Numbered from the stretch's first letter, positions 17,892 through 27,997 are shown. The stretch is 64,000 nt of DNA from Rhodospirillaceae bacterium (GCA_018667335.1 JABIVD010000016.1:3683-67682), one strand, 5' to 3'. Made by a program: numbers and translations. The notes: generated by a model from the sequence alone, not told the origin.

Positions 17892-18656
17892 TCAAACGAT
17901 TTCGATCCCGGCACGCCGGGTGAGGTCGTTGAATTGCACCTGGTTGTGGACACCGGCCAAATCGGCAGGCGCCTCGCGTGCGAGCCAGGCGAGGACCTTG
18001 GCGGGCCGCTCCGGCGGCTGGCCCTGGTCGGGTGTGAGGGCGGCCGCACGGAAAACCGGGTTGGCGTAGATGTCGTTGACCATGTCGGTCTGTGTGAAGC
18101 CGGGTGACAGGGCGAAGATCTTCACCTTGCTGTCTTCCAGATCGTAGTGCAGGCACTGGGTCATCGACAGCAGTGCGGCCTTCGACGAGCAGTAGGCGGC
18201 ATAGAAGCGGTCGGGGATGAAAGCACGGGCGCTGGTGATGTTGATAATGATGCCATCGTCGCGCGCGGTCATCGATGGCAGCACAGCGGAGATGAGGTTG
18301 TACGGTCCCATCACGTTGATTTTGAGGACCTCCAGATAGGCGTCCGGTTTGACATCCGCGACCGAGCCCATCAGCCCGGTGCCGGCGTTGTTGATCAGAA
18401 TGTCGATTCGTCCATGGTCGGCCAGCACGCCGTCGACGAAGGACTTGGCGGCATCGAAATCAGCAACCTCGAAGCCATGGACCTCCGCAGTGGCACCCAG
18501 TGCTTCGACCGCGGCCTTGGTCTCTGCGCAGGCGTCGGCGCTGCGTGCGCACAGCACGAGATGGGCTCCGTCGGTAGCGAGTTCTCGTGCTGCGGCGGCA
18601 CCGATGCCCCTGCTGGCGCCGGTGAGCACGATGATCTTGTCTTTCAGGCTGGCCAT
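17892..18656 (-). CDS. SDR family oxidoreductase
   Basis: TGASRGIG, NNAG, YCSSK. Confidence 0.92.
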   Translation of the reverse strand: MASLKDKIIVLTGASRGIGAAAARELATDGAHLVLCARSADACAETKAAVEALGATAEVHGFEVADFDAAKSFVDGVLADHGRIDILINNAGTGLMGSVADVKPDAYLEVLKINVMGPYNLISAVLPSMTARDDGIIINITSARAFIPDRFYAAYCSSKAALLSMTQCLHYDLEDSKVKIFALSPGFTQTDMVNDIYANPVFRAAALTPDQGQPPERPAKVLAWLAREAPADLAGVHNQVQFNDLTRRAGIEIV

Positions 18657-18707
18657 GATTTTCCCCCGTCGTTTGTTTGTTGTCCGAATTCTGACCCGGC
18701 TAGACGC

Positions 18708-18740
18708 AAAAGAAAACGCCCGGGCGAAAGCCCGGGCGTT
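18708..18740 (-). terminator. Rho-independent terminator downstream of the YccA/BI-1 gene
   Basis: 11-bp stem AACGCCCGGGC / GCCCGGGCGTT with a 4-nt loop, followed by a U-rich tract on the minus strand. Confidence 0.8.
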
Positions 18741-18764
18741 GGTGGTCGATACTTATGCTCTGCT

Positions 18765-19511
18765 CTAGTTGCGCTGGCCGAACAGGTGCAGCAGCATCAC
18801 GAACAGGTTGATGAAGTCGAGATACAGCCGAAGCGCACCCATAATCGCTTTTTTCCCGGCGACTTCGGAGCTGTCCAACTCGTTGTACATCTCCTTGATC
18901 TTCTGGGTGTCGTAGGCGGTAAGGCCGACAAAAACGATCACACCAATCACGGAGATAACGAACTGCATCATCGTCGATCCGATGAAGATGTTGACGACAC
19001 TCGCGATCACGATGCCGATCAGGCCCATGAAGAGGAAATTGCCCAACCCCGAGAGGTCGCGCTTCGTCGTATAGCCGTACAGGCTCATCGCGGCGAAGGT
19101 CGCGGCGGTGATGAAGAACACCCGCGCGATGCTGGCGCCCGTGAACTGCAGGAAGATATGGCTGAGCGACAGGCCCATCACGCTGGCGAACAGCCAGAAC
19201 ACAAGCTGCGCCGTCGACGCCTTCATCCGCTGAATGCCGAACGAAAGCACCATGACGAAGGCCAGCGGTGACAGCATGGCGATCCACGCCAGCGGTGTGG
19301 CGCTAACCTGGCCCTGGGGGCCGGCTTGATAGAAAAGGTTCAGCACGGCCGGGGTGTTCGCCACCAGATAGGCGATGATGCCCGTCAGCGCGAGGCCGGT
19401 CGTCATGTAGTTGTAGACGCGAAGCATGTAGGACCGGAGGCCCTCATCGATCTGCGCGGCGGCAGTGGCGCGGCCCTGAACAACCGTCCCACGTTCAAAT
19501 TGGTTAGCCAT
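18765..19511 (-). CDS. Bax inhibitor-1/YccA family membrane protein
   Basis: IDEGLRSYMLRVYNYM, YGYTTKRDLS, YDTQKIK, ALRLYLDFINLF. Confidence 0.93.
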   Translation of the reverse strand: MANQFERGTVVQGRATAAAQIDEGLRSYMLRVYNYMTTGLALTGIIAYLVANTPAVLNLFYQAGPQGQVSATPLAWIAMLSPLAFVMVLSFGIQRMKASTAQLVFWLFASVMGLSLSHIFLQFTGASIARVFFITAATFAAMSLYGYTTKRDLSGLGNFLFMGLIGIVIASVVNIFIGSTMMQFVISVIGVIVFVGLTAYDTQKIKEMYNELDSSEVAGKKAIMGALRLYLDFINLFVMLLHLFGQRN

Positions 19512-19665
19512 GGTTTCGTGACCCTCCCAAGGGTTCCCTGTCATACGAAAATGTTTGCTGCGAGGAATATGGGGTGTGCGGGGGCGCAATTCAACCGTTA
19601 GCCGGGTGGATTTTCCGTGATGATGCCCATCCTAACGCTTTGATTTTAATAGGTTACGCCGGGCT

Positions 19666-20442
19666 TCATCCGCGACGCTGAACCAGGGTATGCCCCATGA
19701 GGCCAATCGCAATCGCGGTTGCCAGGATTGCCAGCCCCGTGACCGCGATCGGCGGCGCGATGGGTGCGATCGCGGCGGCGAGCGCGAGGCGGACCGCCAA
19801 GCCGGCCCAGACCCGCCAGAGACCGCGTTGCGGTGTCTCGCGACTTTCCAGCAGGGCGGCCTCGGCGAAGCCAAGCGCACCGGCTGCGATCACCCAGACC
19901 CCTGCCAATCCGAGCCGCCAGACGAGCAGTGCCAGCGCCAGCACCAGGAGCGCGCCGGCCATGGTTCCCAGTTTCTCGCTGAAGCCGCTGGCGGAATTCG
20001 TGATCTGTGCCAGCCAGCTGTCGGCGGCGCCGAGACCCGCGGCGGCGGCTCCCATCAAGGCGACAGACCAGAGCAGGGGGTCGGGTGGGTTGCCGGCCGG
20101 CAGGACAGCGAGCCCTCCCAGCAAGCATGTCATTGCGACCCGGGCCACCGTGAACCGGGTGCCGGCGGTGTTTTGCCCGGATGGCGCCTTTGGCGCGATC
20201 GCCGCAAACGCGATGAGCAGGACCAGCAGGCCGATACCCGCGACCGCCGGTGCGGAGCCGAGCTCGAAGGCAAGTGAAAACAGGCCGGAAATGGCGATCG
20301 TCACGAAGATCGTCAGCGGCAGGTGGCCCATGCGCATGGTGTGCACTTTGGGCGGGTGCAGGGTGGGATTCGGTCCGTTCTGGAATGGTGCGTCGGGCGC
20401 CGTACTCGATGAGGGGTCCGACTTGTTCTGTTCTTCGCTCAC
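19666..20442 (-). CDS. Membrane protein resembling a degenerate CDP-alcohol phosphatidyltransferase
   Basis: FTVARVAM followed by GAADSWLAQITNSASGFSEKLGTMAG, which fits the spacing of DxxDGxxARxxxxxSxxGxxxDxxxD. Confidence 0.55.
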   Translation of the reverse strand: MSEEQNKSDPSSSTAPDAPFQNGPNPTLHPPKVHTMRMGHLPLTIFVTIAISGLFSLAFELGSAPAVAGIGLLVLLIAFAAIAPKAPSGQNTAGTRFTVARVAMTCLLGGLAVLPAGNPPDPLLWSVALMGAAAAGLGAADSWLAQITNSASGFSEKLGTMAGALLVLALALLVWRLGLAGVWVIAAGALGFAEAALLESRETPQRGLWRVWAGLAVRLALAAAIAPIAPPIAVTGLAILATAIAIGLMGHTLVQRRG

Positions 20443-20469
20443 GCCAAATCCTGTTCTTTGGGGAATGCG

Positions 20470-20520
20470 CTATTCATCTCGCAGCCCTATTCATTTCTCA
20501 GCCCTATTCATTTCTCAGCC
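20470..20520. repeat. 17-bp tandem repeat x3 duplicating the 3' end and stop codon of the ABC permease gene
   Basis: CTATTCATTTCTCAGCC at 20487 and 20504; variant CTATTCATCTCGCAGCC at 20470. Confidence 0.9.
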
Positions 20521-23071
20521 AAGGTGCCGCCGACTGGCCCATCGCCCGCCACGTGCCGACAAGGCCTGCGCCGACGGTGATCAGGGTCCCGATCACGGCG
20601 GTGACGATGACGGCAACCGGCTCCGGCGTCCAGTCTATCCCGAGCAGCCATGTGACCACGGCCCAGCTGGTGATGCTGCCGACGATCGCCGCGATGATGG
20701 CGGTCACGAGGCCCAACAATCCATACTCCAGGATATAGGCGGTGACGATGTCACGCCGTGTGGCGCCGAGCACCTTGAGCACCACGCTGTCATAGATCCG
20801 CCGGCGACGACCTGCGGCGATTGCGCCGGCCAGCACGAGCGTGCCCGAGACCAGCGTAATCATGGCGGTGAGACGCACTGCCGCGCCGACATTGTCGACC
20901 AGCGCGGCCACGGTCTCGATGGCGGCGCGCACCCGGATCGACGTGATATTCGCAAATCTGTCGGTCACGCTGCGTTCCAGCGGGTCCTCGGCCACTGCCT
21001 CGGCGTGGACGATGGCGATATGCATGCGTGGAGCGGATTCGAGGATCCCCGGAGAGAACACCATGACGAAGTTGATCGCGAGCCGCTGCCAGTCGATCTG
21101 CCGCGTATTGGCGATCGTGGCGGTGAACGCGCGTCCGAGGACATTGACGGTGATGGTGTCGCCGATGTCGAGGCCCAATCCGTCCGCGACCCGCGCATCG
21201 ATGCTGACCAGCATGTCGCCGCGATAGTCTGCCGGCCACCATTCACCCTTGATGAGGGGGTTGTGGGCCGGCGCCTCTGCTGCCCAGGTGATGCCGCGGT
21301 CCCCGCGCAGGACCCAGCGTGCGTCGGGCGCGATGTTCGCCTCGGCGGCGGGCACGCCGTCGATGGCGGTGATCCGGCCGCGCAGCATGGGCACCTGCTC
21401 GCTGCGGTCGACCCCGGGCACATCCGCGACCAGGGCCTGAAACGGTGCGACCTGTTGCGGCTGAATATCGACGAAGAAGAATGCCGGCGCGTCCTGGGGG
21501 AGCTCGTCGGAAATCTGTCGGGACAAATTGCCCTCGATTGTCGCGACAGTGATCAGCATCGACAGGCCAAGACCCAGTGACAGCACAACCGACGCGGTTG
21601 CGGCCCCCGGTCGGTGCAAGCCGGCCAGGGCGAGCCGGACCGCGGGCCGCCGGACGCGCTTGATGCGCGCGGCCGTTGCGGCGATCCCTGCGGCGGCCAG
21701 GCGAAACGCGATCATCGCGCCGATGGAGCCGACGACGAACCATGTGGCGAAGCCGGCGTCGGATGCGGTTGCGATCGCCAGCGCTGCCAGGGCGACGGCC
21801 AACACAGCCGTGGCGAGAATATAGGTCGGATGCGGCAGACCGCGTGGCGGTGAGACGAGGGCGCGAAACAGGCCGGCGGGCGGAATTTCACCCGCCCGCG
21901 CGACCGACCAGACCGAGAAGACCAACGCGGTCAGCAATCCGAACAGGGCGGCAATGGCAAGTGGAACGGGGAACAGCCCTGTTGATACGCGAACAGGAAC
22001 GAAGCTGGCGAGCGCGTCGGCGGCCAGGAGCGGTAGCGCGGCACCCAGCACGAGCCCGATGGCGATCCCGCCCAGTGCAAGGACCATCACCTGCAGCAGG
22101 TAAATCCGGAATACGAGGGCGCGGGGTGCGCCGATGCATTTGAGAGTGGCGATGGTTTCGGTCTTGCCGTCGAGCCAGGCCCGGACCGCGTTGGCCACGC
22201 CAACCCCGCCAATCAGCAGCGCCGTCAGGCCAACGAAGGACAGGAATAGCGTCACCCTGCCAATCAGGCGGCTGAGCCGGGGCGAGGATTCGTTGAGGGT
22301 CCGGACGCGCCAACCGGCATCGGGAAATCCCGCATTGATGCTGTCGATGAAGGCGGCCGGCGTGGTCGTTTCGGGCAGGCGGACCCGATAATTGTAATGG
22401 ATAAGACTGCCCGGCTGGACCAGGGCTGTGTCGCTCAGCGCGGCATCGGCGATCAGCACCCTGGGTCCGAGTGAGAACAGCCCCGACCCACCGACCCGGT
22501 CCGGCTCATGCACAATGGTCGCACGCACGTCGAAGCTGGTCTCACCGATGCGCAGCCGATCCCCGATCGTGATCCCCAGCTTGGTGATCAGTTCGGGTGC
22601 GACGGCGGCGCCCCATGATCCGTCTCGTTGATCGAGCATATCTGCAAGCGTCAGCGCGGGTTCGGTCTCCAGGTTTCCATAGAGCGGATATGTCTGTTCG
22701 ACGGTTTTCAGCTCGATCAGGGACTGTGTGGCAAATTCGTTGCCCGAACGGGCATCTGTGCGGGCCATGGCGCGCATCTCGGCGCTGCCGGCCAGGACGC
22801 CGGCGTTCTGCAACGCGCGGCGTTCATCCCCGGTCGCGGGGCGGTGCACGATATCGACGAGTACGTCGCCACCGAGTATTTCCCGCGCGTCGGTGCTGAT
22901 GCTTTCCTCCAGCATCGCGCGTGTTGACCCCACGGCGGCGATCGCGGCCACGCCGAGTGCGAGACAGGCGAGGAAGATCCGGAAGCTGCGCAGGCTCCCG
23001 CGCAGTTCGCGGCGCGCCAGCTTAGCCGCCAGCGGCCAGGAGACGCCGTTATTGATGACGGGGTTATTCAC
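20504..23071 (-). CDS. ABC transporter permease (YbbP/FtsX-like)
   Basis: ARRELR, LGVAAIAAV, IATLKCIGA, FFFVDIQP, VLKVLGATR. GTG start overlaps the ATPase stop (GTGA). Confidence 0.92.
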   Translation of the reverse strand: MNNPVINNGVSWPLAAKLARRELRGSLRSFRIFLACLALGVAAIAAVGSTRAMLEESISTDAREILGGDVLVDIVHRPATGDERRALQNAGVLAGSAEMRAMARTDARSGNEFATQSLIELKTVEQTYPLYGNLETEPALTLADMLDQRDGSWGAAVAPELITKLGITIGDRLRIGETSFDVRATIVHEPDRVGGSGLFSLGPRVLIADAALSDTALVQPGSLIHYNYRVRLPETTTPAAFIDSINAGFPDAGWRVRTLNESSPRLSRLIGRVTLFLSFVGLTALLIGGVGVANAVRAWLDGKTETIATLKCIGAPRALVFRIYLLQVMVLALGGIAIGLVLGAALPLLAADALASFVPVRVSTGLFPVPLAIAALFGLLTALVFSVWSVARAGEIPPAGLFRALVSPPRGLPHPTYILATAVLAVALAALAIATASDAGFATWFVVGSIGAMIAFRLAAAGIAATAARIKRVRRPAVRLALAGLHRPGAATASVVLSLGLGLSMLITVATIEGNLSRQISDELPQDAPAFFFVDIQPQQVAPFQALVADVPGVDRSEQVPMLRGRITAIDGVPAAEANIAPDARWVLRGDRGITWAAEAPAHNPLIKGEWWPADYRGDMLVSIDARVADGLGLDIGDTITVNVLGRAFTATIANTRQIDWQRLAINFVMVFSPGILESAPRMHIAIVHAEAVAEDPLERSVTDRFANITSIRVRAAIETVAALVDNVGAAVRLTAMITLVSGTLVLAGAIAAGRRRRIYDSVVLKVLGATRRDIVTAYILEYGLLGLVTAIIAAIVGSITSWAVVTWLLGIDWTPEPVAVIVTAVIGTLITVGAGLVGTWRAMGQSAAPWLRNE

Positions 23072-23799
23072 GCCGGTACGTCGTGATCGAAGATTTGTCC
23101 ATCGCACAGATGGACCACCCGGCTACACCGCGCCGCGATGGCAGGATCATGGGTGATCAGCAGCAGGGTGGTTTCCCGCTGCGCGGACAGGTCAAACAAT
23201 GTCTCGATGATGCTGGCGCCGGTCTCACCATCGAGATTGCCCGTGGGTTCGTCGGCCAGCAGCAGCTTTGGTTGTGGGGCGAAGGCGCGGGCGATGGCGA
23301 CACGCTGTTGTTCTCCGCCGGACAATTGTGACGGGTAGTGATCGAGGCGATGTCCCAACCCCACCATCTCGAGGCTCGCGCGTGCCACGTCGAAGGCTTC
23401 GGCGTTTCCGGCGAACTCGAGCGGGACCGCGACATTCTCCAATGCGCTCATCGTCGGAATCAGATGAAAGGCCTGAAAGACGATGCCCACCCGGGCGCGG
23501 CGAAAACGGGCAAGTGCATCCTCGTTGAGTGTCGCCAGATCCTGGCCTGCCACCGCGACGTTGCCGCCGGTCAGCTGCTCCAGGCCGGCGATGACCATCA
23601 TCATGGTCGATTTCCCCGACCCCGACGGGCCAACCACGCCGACGGTCTCGCCCGCAGCGATCGTCAAATCGATTCCACGCAGGATGTTGACCTTGCCGCC
23701 CGCACTCTCCAAATGAAGCTCGGCATCGTCGAGCACGATCATCGGTGCCGCATCAACACCACGCTGTGTGGCCGGGCCCGTACCGGGTAGATCTTTCAT
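23068..23799 (-). CDS. ABC transporter ATP-binding protein (YbbA-like)
   Basis: GPSGSGKST, LSGGEQQRV, ADEPTGNLD. Start uncertain. Confidence 0.93.
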   Translation of the reverse strand: MKDLPGTGPATQRGVDAAPMIVLDDAELHLESAGGKVNILRGIDLTIAAGETVGVVGPSGSGKSTMMMVIAGLEQLTGGNVAVAGQDLATLNEDALARFRRARVGIVFQAFHLIPTMSALENVAVPLEFAGNAEAFDVARASLEMVGLGHRLDHYPSQLSGGEQQRVAIARAFAPQPKLLLADEPTGNLDGETGASIIETLFDLSAQRETTLLLITHDPAIAARCSRVVHLCDGQIFDHDVPA

Positions 23800-23818
23800 T
23801 ATGGTTCGCCTTCGACCG

Positions 23819-24508
23819 ATGACATCTTATCTGGTTTCTACATATGGCCGCGCGGTTCGGATCATCAATGCCGGGGCGATACAACGCCTGTGTGCCGTAT
23901 CGGCGGCAATCGGGCTCGTCCTGATCCTATCGGTATTGCCCGTGGTGGCCGATGACAAGCCGGTGATCGTCGCCTTCGGCGATAGTCTTTCGGCAGGATA
24001 TGGCCTCGACGATGCGGAATCCTTCCCGGTGCGTCTCGAGGTGGCCCTTCGGGCGGCCGGCCTCGCGGCGCAGGTCGTCAACGCGGGTGTTTCGGGTGAC
24101 ACCACAGCCGGCGGCCTCGCGCGCCTCGACTGGTCGCTACCTGAGCGGGTCGACCTTGTAATTCTGGAGCTCGGTGCAAATGATGGGTTGCGGGGAATTG
24201 ACCCGGCGGAAACCGAGGCCAATCTTGATGCGATCCTGAAAACTCTCGGTAAGCGAAATATTCCGGTGCTCTTCACCGGCATGCTTGCGCCGCCGAATCT
24301 CGGCCGCCAATACGCCGACGCCTTCGATGCTCTCTTCCCGCGGCTTGCGGCTCGGCATGCGGTGGTCTTCTATCCGTTTTTCCTTGAAGGTGTCGCGGCG
24401 GAGCGTTCCCTGAACCAACCCGATGGCATTCACCCGAACCCCGCCGGGGTCGACCGGATTGTCATGCGTCTGCTGCCCTTCGTGCTGCGCGCGCTTGATG
24501 CAGGATGA
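23819..24508 (+). CDS. Arylesterase / acyl-CoA thioesterase I (TesA-like SGNH hydrolase)
   Basis: FGDSLSAG, NAGVSGDTT, ELGANDG, DGIHPN. Divergent from the YbbA-like gene; start uncertain. Confidence 0.9.
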   Translation: MTSYLVSTYGRAVRIINAGAIQRLCAVSAAIGLVLILSVLPVVADDKPVIVAFGDSLSAGYGLDDAESFPVRLEVALRAAGLAAQVVNAGVSGDTTAGGLARLDWSLPERVDLVILELGANDGLRGIDPAETEANLDAILKTLGKRNIPVLFTGMLAPPNLGRQYADAFDALFPRLAARHAVVFYPFFLEGVAAERSLNQPDGIHPNPAGVDRIVMRLLPFVLRALDAG

Positions 24509-24512
24509 TTTG

Positions 24513-25643
24513 ATGAACAGCTTCCCGTTCGCACATGCCGGAGTTCTCGCCGAAGGACCTGTCACCGAATGGACGGGCTGGCAGGATTTGGTGGTCCATT
24601 GTCTTGCAGAATTTCCGGCGAAGGCGCGGGGGGTCGGGCTGCTCTATGTCACCGATCCGCTGGCGGGTGACGTGCCGGCGATTCTCGAATTTCTGAAGGA
24701 ACGGACCGGCGTGGCGGAATGGAGCGGCGCGGTCGCCCCGGCGATCTGTGCCGGCGGGATCGAGTATTTCGATACGCCTGCTATGGCCATGATGGCGTTC
24801 GACCTTCCGGAGGATGCTGTCACTTCCTTTTCCGGCACGCAGTCACAGTCTGGCGCAGGGAGTCAGAACGGCGGGGCATTCGCCATCGTTCATGCCAACC
24901 CCCATGCGCCTGGTGTGATCGATGCCGTGCCGGAGGCTGCGCAAGCCACAGGCGCCTATCTGGTGGGTGGACTGGCCACGGGTGACACTCAGAATCCGCT
25001 GATTTCAGACGACGAAACCGGTTTGGCCGGCCTGCTCTTCGATCCAACCGTGCCCGTCGCGACGGGCCTGACCCAGGGGTGCTCGCCGATCGGTCCGATG
25101 CACGAGATCACCGCGATGCAGGACGAGCTGGTCGCTGAACTCGATGGGCGTCCGGCGGTTGAGATTCTCCAGGAAGATGTCGGAGAGTTGCTGGCCCGTG
25201 ATCTCCGCCGGGTTGCCGGATACGTCCATGCGGCCATTCCCGTATCGGGGTCGGACCAGGCGGACTATACGGTCCGAAATCTGATGGGCATGGATGTGTC
25301 TCAGGGCCTGATCGCCGTGGCGGAGGCGCTCGAGGTCGGTGACCGCATGATGTTCGTGCGGCGTGACGCGGCCAGTGCGGTGGAGGATATGCAGCGCATG
25401 CTCGACGATCTCAAGCGGCGCGCGGGAGATCAAATTCGCGGCGCGGTCTATCACAGCTGCGTTGCACGCGGCCCCCACCAGTTCGGCCCCGGTTCGAAAG
25501 AGCTCACCATGATCGGGGAAACATTTGCCGACGTGCCGGTGATCGGCTTCTTCGGCAACGGCGAGATATCGAATGACCGTCTGTACACCTATACCGGCAT
25601 CCTGAGCCTCTTCCTTGATCCGCCGGAGAACGGCGCGGAATGA
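24513..25643 (+). CDS. FIST N/C domain protein
   Basis: LVGGLA, TQGCSPIG, ELDGRPA, SCVARG, GFFGNGEI. Confidence 0.85.
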   Translation: MNSFPFAHAGVLAEGPVTEWTGWQDLVVHCLAEFPAKARGVGLLYVTDPLAGDVPAILEFLKERTGVAEWSGAVAPAICAGGIEYFDTPAMAMMAFDLPEDAVTSFSGTQSQSGAGSQNGGAFAIVHANPHAPGVIDAVPEAAQATGAYLVGGLATGDTQNPLISDDETGLAGLLFDPTVPVATGLTQGCSPIGPMHEITAMQDELVAELDGRPAVEILQEDVGELLARDLRRVAGYVHAAIPVSGSDQADYTVRNLMGMDVSQGLIAVAEALEVGDRMMFVRRDAASAVEDMQRMLDDLKRRAGDQIRGAVYHSCVARGPHQFGPGSKELTMIGETFADVPVIGFFGNGEISNDRLYTYTGILSLFLDPPENGAE

Positions 25644-26182
25644 TCCGCCTGTTCGTCGGTCTTGGTTTGCCTGAAGGTCTGGGGGAACGCCTGACCGGAT
25701 TGCGGGGCCAAATTCCGGGTGCCCGCTGGGTGCCGCGTGAGAATCTTCATATCACCCTGAGATTTATTGGTGAGGTGGATGAAGAGGCTGCCGCCGATCT
25801 CGATGCCGCTCTGATGCGGGTCGATGCTCCACCGTTCGAGCTGGTGTTACGAGATGTCGGCCATTTCGAATCCCGAGGCCGGGTCCGCAGCCTGTGGGCT
25901 GGCGTTGAACGCGACCCCGCGCTCGAGCATCTGCAGGCTAGGATCGAAACCGCCTGTCAGCGCGCAGGGATGGCGCCGGAGGGCCGAAAATTCCATCCCC
26001 ACGTGACTCTGGCGCGCTGCCGGGACACGCGGACCGCGCGGATCGCAGACTTCCTTGCCGATCATGGAGGGTTTGGGGTGCCGGCATTTCCCGTCGACGC
26101 ATTCGCACTCTATTCATCCGCTCTGGGACGGGGCGGTGCGGTTTATACTCGCGAAGTCGAGTATCCGCTCGGACGTACATAA
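25640..26182 (+). CDS. thpR: RNA 2',3'-cyclic phosphodiesterase (2H family)
   Basis: MIRLFV, HITLRFIGE, FHPHVTLAR. Confidence 0.92.
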   Translation: MIRLFVGLGLPEGLGERLTGLRGQIPGARWVPRENLHITLRFIGEVDEEAAADLDAALMRVDAPPFELVLRDVGHFESRGRVRSLWAGVERDPALEHLQARIETACQRAGMAPEGRKFHPHVTLARCRDTRTARIADFLADHGGFGVPAFPVDAFALYSSALGRGGAVYTREVEYPLGRT

Positions 26183-26195
26183 ACAGGAACTAACG

Positions 26196-26933
26196 ATGCG
26201 CCTGCGCGAACATATTTCTCCCTCCGACCCGATCGTCATCCTGACAGGCGCTGGAATCTCGAAGGAATCAGGGCTGCAGACGTTTCGTGATCCCGATGGA
26301 GTATGGGCGAAGCACAAGATCGAGGATGTGGCGACGCCGCAGGCTTTCGCAACCAACCCGGATGCGGTTCTCGGTTTCTACAATTTGCGCCGTGCCCAGA
26401 TGGGCGATCCCGAAATTCAACCCAACGCGGCCCACGCGGCGCTCGGCGCACTCGAGGGCATCTGGCCGGGCGGCGTTCTCCTCGTGACCCAGAATATCGA
26501 TGATCTGCATGCGCGTGGCGGCAGCCGCAACCTCATCCACATGCATGGTGAGCTGGCGAAGACCCGCTGCAATGCATGCGGTGACCTGACAGAAGGTGTG
26601 GGCGACATCGAGACCGCGATGGTCTGCGGCAAATGTAGCGTGACCGGAACACTCAGGCCGCACGTTGTCTGGTTTGGCGAGATGCCGCTGGAGATGGACC
26701 GGATCGGCGGGGCACTCGCCAACTGCGGCCTGTTCGTCTCGATCGGCACCTCCGGCAACGTCTATCCGGCGGCCGGGTTTGTAGAGGAGGCGCGCAATCA
26801 TGGTGCCTACACGGTCGAGCTCAACCTCGAGGAATCACTCGGCGCGAGCCTTTTCCAGGAGGGGCGCTACGGCCCCGCGACGGAGATTGTGCCGGCCTTC
26901 GTGAATGAGCTCCAGGCGCTTGCCCAAAACTAA
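26196..26933 (+). CDS. cobB: NAD-dependent protein deacylase (sirtuin)
   Basis: LTGAGISKESG, TQNIDDLH, HMHGEL, CxxC..CxxC, LRPHVVWFGE, GTSGNVYPAAG. Confidence 0.93.
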   Translation: MRLREHISPSDPIVILTGAGISKESGLQTFRDPDGVWAKHKIEDVATPQAFATNPDAVLGFYNLRRAQMGDPEIQPNAAHAALGALEGIWPGGVLLVTQNIDDLHARGGSRNLIHMHGELAKTRCNACGDLTEGVGDIETAMVCGKCSVTGTLRPHVVWFGEMPLEMDRIGGALANCGLFVSIGTSGNVYPAAGFVEEARNHGAYTVELNLEESLGASLFQEGRYGPATEIVPAFVNELQALAQN

Positions 26934-27507
26934 GACATCTCTCGATGTGGTTCTGGCCGATGCGCGCGCCTGCACGGCGTGCGCCGGGCTGCCGCTCGGC
27001 CCGCTGCCGCTGGTTCGTGCGGGCGCGTCGGCGCGCCTGCTGATCATCAGCCAGGCGCCCGGCACCAGGGCGCATGCGAGCGGCTTGTCGTTCGATGATC
27101 CGTCCGGTGATCGGTTGCGGGACTGGCTCGGGATGGACCGCGATGTCTTCTACGATGAAGCCCGGGTGGCGATCATGCCAATGGGCTTCTGCTATCCCGG
27201 TCGGTTGCCGCGCGGCGGTGATGCGTCGCCGCGTCCGGAATGCGCGCCTCTCTGGCATGCACCCATCCTGTCGGCGATGCGGGAAGTTCGGCTCACGCTT
27301 TATGTGGGGAGCTACGCGATCCGGTCTTATTTGCCGGGCTACCGGACCATGACAGATGCGGTGGCCGACTGGCGCACCCACGGGGTGGGCGTCTTGCCGC
27401 TGCCCCATCCCAGTTGGCGGACGAATGGGTGGGAAAAGAAGAATCCCTGGTTCACGCAAGAGCTTTTGCCGGAACTGAAGAAACGCTTGAGCGATCTCGG
27501 GCTCTAG
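26905..27507 (+). CDS. Uracil-DNA glycosylase superfamily protein
   Basis: SQAPG, DPSGDRLRDW, MGFCYPG, PLPHPSWR. Start uncertain. Confidence 0.88.
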   Translation: MSSRRLPKTKTSLDVVLADARACTACAGLPLGPLPLVRAGASARLLIISQAPGTRAHASGLSFDDPSGDRLRDWLGMDRDVFYDEARVAIMPMGFCYPGRLPRGGDASPRPECAPLWHAPILSAMREVRLTLYVGSYAIRSYLPGYRTMTDAVADWRTHGVGVLPLPHPSWRTNGWEKKNPWFTQELLPELKKRLSDLGL

Positions 27508-27911
27508 CCCGGGTTGGCCTCGATCTGTTCCATGTCATCGTCCGAGAATCCGAAGTGATGCCCGATCTCATGGATCAGCACATGACGGATCAGGTGGTAG
27601 AGATTTTCGTCCGTCTCGCACCAGTAGTCCAGCAGCGGCCGGCGATAGAGATAGATACGGTCGATGTCGCCGGGTGTATCCGAAAGCGACTTCTGGTCGA
27701 GGCTGACGCCGACATACAAGCCGAGAATGTCGAAGGGGCTTTCGAGTTCCATCGCCTCCATGGTCTCGTCGTCGGGAAAATTAACCACATGGATCGCCAC
27801 ATCCGCGACATGCCGCGACAGCGCGCGCGGGATCGTCGCGAAGGCTTCGCCCGCGATCGCCTCAAGCTCGGCAAGGGTTGGTGATGATTCGTATTTTCCG
27901 GTGGCGGCCAT
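27504..27911 (-). CDS. Zincin-like metallopeptidase family protein
   Basis: LGLYVG, IYLYRRP, HVLIHEIGHHFGFSDDD. Confidence 0.88.
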   Translation of the reverse strand: MAATGKYESSPTLAELEAIAGEAFATIPRALSRHVADVAIHVVNFPDDETMEAMELESPFDILGLYVGVSLDQKSLSDTPGDIDRIYLYRRPLLDYWCETDENLYHLIRHVLIHEIGHHFGFSDDDMEQIEANPG

Positions 27912-27997
27912 GACGCCCTCATATAGGGTCACTTGATCCTGACGCCAAGCGCCGTCAGGTTTGGCGCGCACAGTCACTGGATTTATAGGAGGCCGCG

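Noticed and set aside
19697..21580. 627-aa plus-strand ORF
   Set aside because: Antisense shadow of the ABC permease and the membrane protein; no recognisable motifs.
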